IMG/VR virus record: IMGVR_UViG_3300032007_000041
Reading direction: 5' to 3' (one strand)
Length of the DNA: 64,000 nt
DNA from: an uncultured virus (IMG/VR IMGVR_UViG_3300032007_000041)
Lineage: Duplodnaviria > Heunggongvirae > Uroviricota > Caudoviricetes
This document shows positions 60,001 to 64,000 of the stretch, one piece after another (the first letter of the stretch is position 1; each line of letters opens with the position of its first letter). A program made the position numbers and the translations under genes. The notes beneath the pieces are model-generated. The model did not search any database and was not told the DNA's origin. It saw nothing but the letters and a program-made list of their open reading frames with translations.

Positions 60001-60268
60001 CAGTATATCTATACTTTTTTAAAAATTTAGATAATTCATTCATTGCAAATACTTGCAACTGTTTTTCATTAAATGAAAATTTCATTTCACGTACATTACC
60101 TAAATCATTATTACGTTCTGCAATAATGTGTTTACGGTTAATGGTATTATTATCAAATTCAATATTCATTTTACGTTCAACAGGATTATTAAATTTAATG
60201 TTATCAATCCAATCAGGTACATTTACCTTTGGATTTGTAAGTAATTTTCCATCTACCTCATTGAGCAT
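57041..60268 (-). CDS. Large protein with five internal repeats
   Basis: Repeated (I/V)IS...L...I..MI..L....I.KI.S..YAS..S..EL and D.DTR motifs. Confidence 0.8.
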   Translation of the reverse strand: MLNEVDGKLLTNPKVNVPDWIDNIKFNNPVERKMNIEFDNNTINRKHIIAERNNDLGNVREMKFSFNEKQLQVFAMNELSKFLKKYRYTANASVDNDKVVIKATLLNNPLEYTFTYNDDNGKIVANKTFTTKIASIINEYPYSEAGLEDSIEDSQTVDLNKPTKVKQASYQYTVMTRYEILQRCNNRLSLAKELIEKNVKEGNIVAIGSNEYASTYDINYLFPDTREQFVGEVSHTAEFVNNRVAKASYENKSANRLAIEASNIINRTFNVYKMVNASRDNDNLYITSVINHNNMRDSYGFVFNIENEKVAKLQYIEDEQMNRFTVAQLLQKFGNDDKEIKEYLNGKDNQIAGGYVYSAKELKAQLHNYISSENINQMIQDWEENNLVTKLNSTTYASNKSLSELVRGTKFRSKNEIENIKQAKIRFGNDDKFYSYETKDNDTRTQQAIKNIEAYKEAVVAQVNHKFKNCDVKMLSKDKFVLSFINSNNKKRIVSGYIKKGNILCKAGTKYVNLDELKTMFTRSKLLSAYVKDTDVDISKDKKIIISHKQFVNNLKDYLTKEQTNQLINDLVNSKKIAKINSNTYVANTSFNNLLNSYTKDIDKNLKTYNLEKANRTTLSELVRHYISDNDTRTQEALDKKEQHFVKAYNLIGKYLNDFDLTMLDNQNMIIAFKAKDNKKRNIVAKIDNEHVYCKINDKMIEIKDLANRFKNSKMLSAYLKENNSDSHNKVIISKRNFHEKLFNILPEENIDIMIDELVKKNVITKISSTLYASEQSFEDLMRSSNLNVSEGLKEDNLSKANKVADKELEAEYIDDTDTRNVEKRLTVSEFKSQFSNALPKHLECIKFDSIKMDENNVRCTAQIFNKNNGLSITAKFDMGIENGLVNTESEKDLDSLFELSTINKTYNEYSSNKHEKHNIILSKREMLNKMKKIANEKDILNTISKWEKTNKISKINSDKYASQYSFEELLSLSDLNAYDKEAIDNQFKKAQINGLAIPKEYHIQDSDSKDIKNISDGKSKEYFKQLHSKAQYRLSSLIGKNKISKTRVDLLQKELNQVDNFEQLDEFNKKLNRY

Positions 60269-60289
60269 AATTTACATACACTCTCCTTT

Positions 60290-60631
60290 TTATGCTAATC
60301 TACCATAAATTTTATCTATTGCTTCATCGACTGTACTATAAAATCCACGATACTGTACATCCGACCATTTTGATTTTTTATATCCTGCCAATGTACAAAT
60401 AGCAGAAATAACTACAAATACTTCTTTATATTCCTTATCATTTAATGTAAATTTCCAAACTTCAAATACATCTAACACATCAGGAACATTAACAACTGTA
60501 TAAAAATCATCTATATTACTACGTGATTTATTTGTTTGTTTTCTAATGCTTCTAATTGGAGCAGGTGGATTAGCAAAATTTTGTTTTAGTAATGTACTAA
60601 TATTGTCACTAGCTTCATTAATAGCATCCAT
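60290..60631 (-). CDS. Hypothetical protein
   Basis: 113-aa ORF in the operon. Confidence 0.6.
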   Translation of the reverse strand: MDAINEASDNISTLLKQNFANPPAPIRSIRKQTNKSRSNIDDFYTVVNVPDVLDVFEVWKFTLNDKEYKEVFVVISAICTLAGYKKSKWSDVQYRGFYSTVDEAIDKIYGRLA

Positions 60632-60669
60632 AACTTGACTTAATGGTATATTACCAATTTCATCAGCTA

Positions 60670-61551
60670 TTAGTCTTTTTTTTTTGCATGAACAGAAGGT
60701 GTTTCATACATTTCAGGCTTTACCCCATCAAATCCACGCATATCTGTAATATAATCATATCCCATATCTGTACTACTTGTATTACCACCATTATAAGGCG
60801 CATCATATGGGTCTTGATTACCATCCATCATACGTTCAATATTTTTTAAACTTTCGTCTGAAATATTAAAATCTTGATAATGTTCGTAACCCTTATCATT
60901 TATTTTTTCATCAACTAAATCTTTAGTTAAACAAATTGCATAATCTTCAGGGAAAATTACACTATAATAATCTAACAAATCAGAAACACGTTTAGCGGAA
61001 ACATTTACTCCCATTTCTTGTATATCGTCTATCTCACCTAAACAAAGTTTTAATGCTTCGCTATTTTCAAATAAATGTTTCGATATATTTAATTTTATTT
61101 GAATATTTTTATTTTTAGCCATTTTAACAATTTTACTAAATTGTTTTTTTGCATAAAAAGCTCTATCGTCAACTAAAACAGGATAAACTTTATATCCTAA
61201 TTTTTCTATTTCATCTGCTACTGCTTTTTTTAATTTATTATCATAACGCAAAGTGAATGCTTCATAAAAATTTTGTAATTCACCATCTGTTCCATTCCAC
61301 AATGTAAGAATATAATCTGCTAAAAATTCAGGATAGAAATGCATATTAATCATTTCTTGACCTGCAACCTTTGTATTTATTCCTTTATTCTTTGCCCATT
61401 GTTGAAAAGCATAAGGTTCATTCTTATACCCTTTTAAATAATCATTCATAGAAGCATCACCTAAAATGTCTCCATCATCACGCCAATTTAAATCTAAGTC
61501 ATAATCATATGGCTTATTGACTTCAGGGTTTTTTCTCAAATCTTGTGTCAT
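60670..61551 (-). CDS. Hypothetical protein
   Basis: 293 aa, AAGGAG RBS, overlaps the upstream stop. Confidence 0.75.
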   Translation of the reverse strand: MTQDLRKNPEVNKPYDYDLDLNWRDDGDILGDASMNDYLKGYKNEPYAFQQWAKNKGINTKVAGQEMINMHFYPEFLADYILTLWNGTDGELQNFYEAFTLRYDNKLKKAVADEIEKLGYKVYPVLVDDRAFYAKKQFSKIVKMAKNKNIQIKLNISKHLFENSEALKLCLGEIDDIQEMGVNVSAKRVSDLLDYYSVIFPEDYAICLTKDLVDEKINDKGYEHYQDFNISDESLKNIERMMDGNQDPYDAPYNGGNTSSTDMGYDYITDMRGFDGVKPEMYETPSVHAKKKD

Positions 61552-62132
61552 TATTTGTTCTCCTTTAAAGCATAATTTATAATTAATTGCTTAATATCTG
61601 ATAACAATTTAGATGATACAACAATTTTTTGTTTACGTAAAAACTTAGATAAACTTTCGTCAAATTCATCTTTGTTTATTATATTATTTTTCTTGGCAAC
61701 TTTCTTACGGATTACTTCATTTTCATTATCATCCTGTACTTCTTTTATAAGATATTGCTGACCATCTTCATACGTTTTTAAAGTCCAAATAGAACCATCA
61801 TCAAAATCATAATCATATAACCCCGCTACCGTATTTTTACCAAAAGCACGGTATTTATTATCTCCGATATTCGTAAATGATTTTAATACATTTTCATCTA
61901 CCTTAAATTTTGGAGCACTAGGAGAATAATATACATTATAATATTTTCCTACTTTTTCATACATTGACTGATAACCATTCACATTTAAATCATGCTGAAC
62001 CTGTTTTGCTTCTGTTTCAGAATTTACAACAGAAAATAATTTCTTACTCTGTTTATGCATTGATTCCGCAATTCGTGTAAACGTATCATTATCAAAGATT
62101 TCATCTGAAACTCTTTTAATCACGTTTTTCAC
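61551..62132 (-). CDS. Hypothetical protein
   Basis: 193 aa, preceded by the late-promoter-like motif. Confidence 0.7.
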   Translation of the reverse strand: MKNVIKRVSDEIFDNDTFTRIAESMHKQSKKLFSVVNSETEAKQVQHDLNVNGYQSMYEKVGKYYNVYYSPSAPKFKVDENVLKSFTNIGDNKYRAFGKNTVAGLYDYDFDDGSIWTLKTYEDGQQYLIKEVQDDNENEVIRKKVAKKNNIINKDEFDESLSKFLRKQKIVVSSKLLSDIKQLIINYALKENK

Positions 62133-62273
62133 ACTCCCTAATTCGTAAATTCTGAAACCAAAAGTTATAGTGGTATCAGAACGTTTATATCTATTAAAAA
62201 AATAATATAAACGTTTTATATTATTACTTTTTCTTATATATACAAAGCTATAATACTTGTTTTATAACATAAA

Positions 62274-62304
62274 AATAAAAGGTAAGATTAATCTTACCTT
62301 TTAT
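62274..62304. terminator. Palindromic terminator after the methyltransferase
   Basis: TAAAAGGTAAGATT/AATCTTACCTTTTA. Confidence 0.7.
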
Positions 62305-62311
62305 AAAATTA

Positions 62312-62983
62312 TTATTTATCATTAATCAAATCGCAACCAATAAAATTGCGATTTGTATCTTTACAACAAGTTAAAACAGAATAGCCACCTGCACATGGGT
62401 CTAATACAAAGTCTTGTTCATCTGTTGTGGCTAAAATTAATCGTTTCTGTAATTCAATTGGTTTACTATGTGGATGTACTTTTACTACCTTTTCTTGCCA
62501 AACATCAGGTATACCGTGGTCATTCCAACAGCCCTTTGCACGAATAGGCTTCTTCTGTAATACTACCATATATTCTGCCTTATGTCTTGAACGGTATCCC
62601 ATTCCTATTTTCATCTTATCCCACGTAATCATATCAACTACTTCAAGTGGAAGTCCTTTCCTCCATTTATGAGCACTACCTTCACAAAGATGAAACCTAT
62701 CTACCCACAAAAATATATGTCCACTTGGTTTTAATACTCTTGAAATTTCAGTTAAAAATTCAACAATTTTTTCTTCAGTCATTTGTGGTAATGCACAACG
62801 GTCTACATTACGATTTTTACCTTCATCACCGTAATGCAATTGGTCTAAAATACCTCTATACTGTGGGTCAAACACACAAAGTTTAATTGTTTCATCTTTT
62901 AAACTTTTCATTAACTCCATGCCATCAGACTTATTCTTATCGTTAATCACATAATTAGTTTGGCTAGAAAAAATATCCTGCAT
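62312..62983 (-). CDS. DNA amino-methyltransferase (N6A/N4C, beta-class order)
   Basis: FDPQY (DPPY variant) near the N-terminus; HPHSKP; VLDPCAGGYS...RNFIGCD near the C-terminus. Confidence 0.88.
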   Translation of the reverse strand: MQDIFSSQTNYVINDKNKSDGMELMKSLKDETIKLCVFDPQYRGILDQLHYGDEGKNRNVDRCALPQMTEEKIVEFLTEISRVLKPSGHIFLWVDRFHLCEGSAHKWRKGLPLEVVDMITWDKMKIGMGYRSRHKAEYMVVLQKKPIRAKGCWNDHGIPDVWQEKVVKVHPHSKPIELQKRLILATTDEQDFVLDPCAGGYSVLTCCKDTNRNFIGCDLINDK

Positions 62984-62985
62984 TA

Positions 62986-63645
62986 TTAATCCTCTTTCTT
63001 CAACAATTTTTCATACAAATAACTTTTTAATTCCTCTACGTGCATTTCACGTTTTTCCTCATCTGTATGTTTTTCATCTAAAATCATATATAATTCTTTT
63101 AATGCTTTTTTCTTGATAACTGAAACTCTACTTTGACTGATTTTAAGTTTCTTACCAATTTCTTGTTGTTTATATCCTTCTAAAGTAAGTCCAATAACTT
63201 CTTTTTGACGTTTATTAAGCAAACTAAATATATACTCTACATACATATCTGATTCACTATCACCAATGTCATCAACAGTTTTATTTTGTAATAAATAATC
63301 ACAATCAGAAGGTTTTTCTCTATTTCCTTTAAAATAATACCTTTGAATGTAAGCTCTTAATTTAATAATTAAATTCTTAAATAAATATCTATCAAATTTA
63401 AAGAACTTCCCATCATAATATGGGTCATATGCTTCACATAAAACTGTAAAATAAATATATGCTTGTTGTAATAATTCATTTTTATCAAATGATTTCATCC
63501 AACCTAGCCAACCTACTAATCTTTGTATTTTTTCCTCATACATAAACCATATTTTATTTCTATCTGTTTTAACATCCTCATATAATGGTTCAAAAGGAGG
63601 AACTAAATCAAAGTTTTCTTTGGTTTCATCAGACGTATTTATCAA
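62986..63645 (-). CDS. Phage sigma70-family sigma factor
   Basis: Region-2-like ELLQQAY...YDP...FDRYL; region-4 HTH LNKRQKEVI..EGYKQQEIG..LKISQSRVS. Confidence 0.8.
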   Translation of the reverse strand: MINTSDETKENFDLVPPFEPLYEDVKTDRNKIWFMYEEKIQRLVGWLGWMKSFDKNELLQQAYIYFTVLCEAYDPYYDGKFFKFDRYLFKNLIIKLRAYIQRYYFKGNREKPSDCDYLLQNKTVDDIGDSESDMYVEYIFSLLNKRQKEVIGLTLEGYKQQEIGKKLKISQSRVSVIKKKALKELYMILDEKHTDEEKREMHVEELKSYLYEKLLKKED

Positions 63646-63657
63646 ATTAATCCTTCC

Positions 63658-64000
63658 TTATTCACTTTGTTCAACAACAATAAATCCTATTTTCATATCA
63701 CGACACATATCTTTAATAAACTCATTTACATCATTTAAATCAATTGAATTTAATGTATCAATAATAACATCTTTATCTATTGTATCGTGTGCTGCATATT
63801 GGTCTAATTTAAAACTATTTGCATCTTCACAACAACGAAAAGCCTTTTTAAAATCACTTGTTAAAAATGCTTTTGCATGATTAAATTCTTTTTGTGTAAT
63901 GCCTTTATCTAAATCATTTAATTTTTCGACAATTAATTCTTTCGTTTTTTCAATATTATTTTTATTTAATGCAGTATAACAAAACATTAATGATGGTTCA
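63658..64000 (-). CDS. C-terminal part of an M16 (insulinase-like) peptidase-family protein; start lies outside the window
   Basis: GITQKEFNHAK...LNSIDLNDVNEF pattern; the frame is open to the window edge. Confidence 0.55.
   Translation of the reverse strand, partial: EPSLMFCYTALNKNNIEKTKELIVEKLNDLDKGITQKEFNHAKAFLTSDFKKAFRCCEDANSFKLDQYAAHDTIDKDVIIDTLNSIDLNDVNEFIKDMCRDMKIGFIVVEQSE

Noticed and set aside
1..64000. Short plus-strand ORFs and nested minus-strand ORFs in the ORF track (e.g. 23167..23613, 39255..39590, 57405..58055, 59817..60308)
   Set aside because: They lie antisense to or inside convincing genes, lack RBSs and have shadow-frame composition.
1..64000. Stop-codon reassignment as seen in some large gut phages
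   Set aside because: Conserved enzymes are full length in the standard code, TAA, TAG and TGA all end genes, and coding density is high.
1..64000. CRISPR array, tRNA or rRNA genes
   Set aside because: No regularly spaced repeat-spacer units or cloverleaf/T-loop signatures seen by eye; the repeats found are coding or terminator palindromes. A tRNAscan/CRISPR scan would be needed for certainty.

Overview
This is a very AT-rich segment of a large tailed phage genome, probably a jumbo phage of a Firmicutes host. Nearly all real genes are on the minus strand. It holds the head module: portal, MuF-like protein, prohead protease, probable scaffold, a ~170-aa decoration-like protein, a 281-aa HK97-type major capsid protein and a probable adaptor. 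From memory this layout resembles Lysinibacillus/Bacillus phage G, which needs a search to confirm. It also holds a repeat-rich fibre, many acidic putative inner-head proteins, a sigma factor, a DNA methyltransferase, a DinG-like helicase and nucleotide-pool enzymes. The most striking content is nine radical SAM genes. Two pairs of radical SAM/SPASM enzymes each sit next to a large protein with a dense Cys-patterned C-terminus (CxCNCNYCxC in one, (x)CQ repeats in the other). This suggests RiPP-like thioether cross-linking of full-size phage proteins. A large glycan toolkit (GT2, GT4, GT8, three divergent GT-B-like paralogs, carbamoyltransferase, SGNH protein, nucleotide-sugar dehydrogenase, DegT aminotransferase, kinases, further radical SAMs) is partly interleaved with the capsid genes, suggesting virion glycosylation. 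Non-coding observations include a promoter-driven TnpB C-terminal remnant followed by a structured omegaRNA-like region, two candidate structured RNAs with their own promoters and terminators, and a recurring putative late-promoter motif. All calls come from motif recognition by eye; no searches or folding programs were run.
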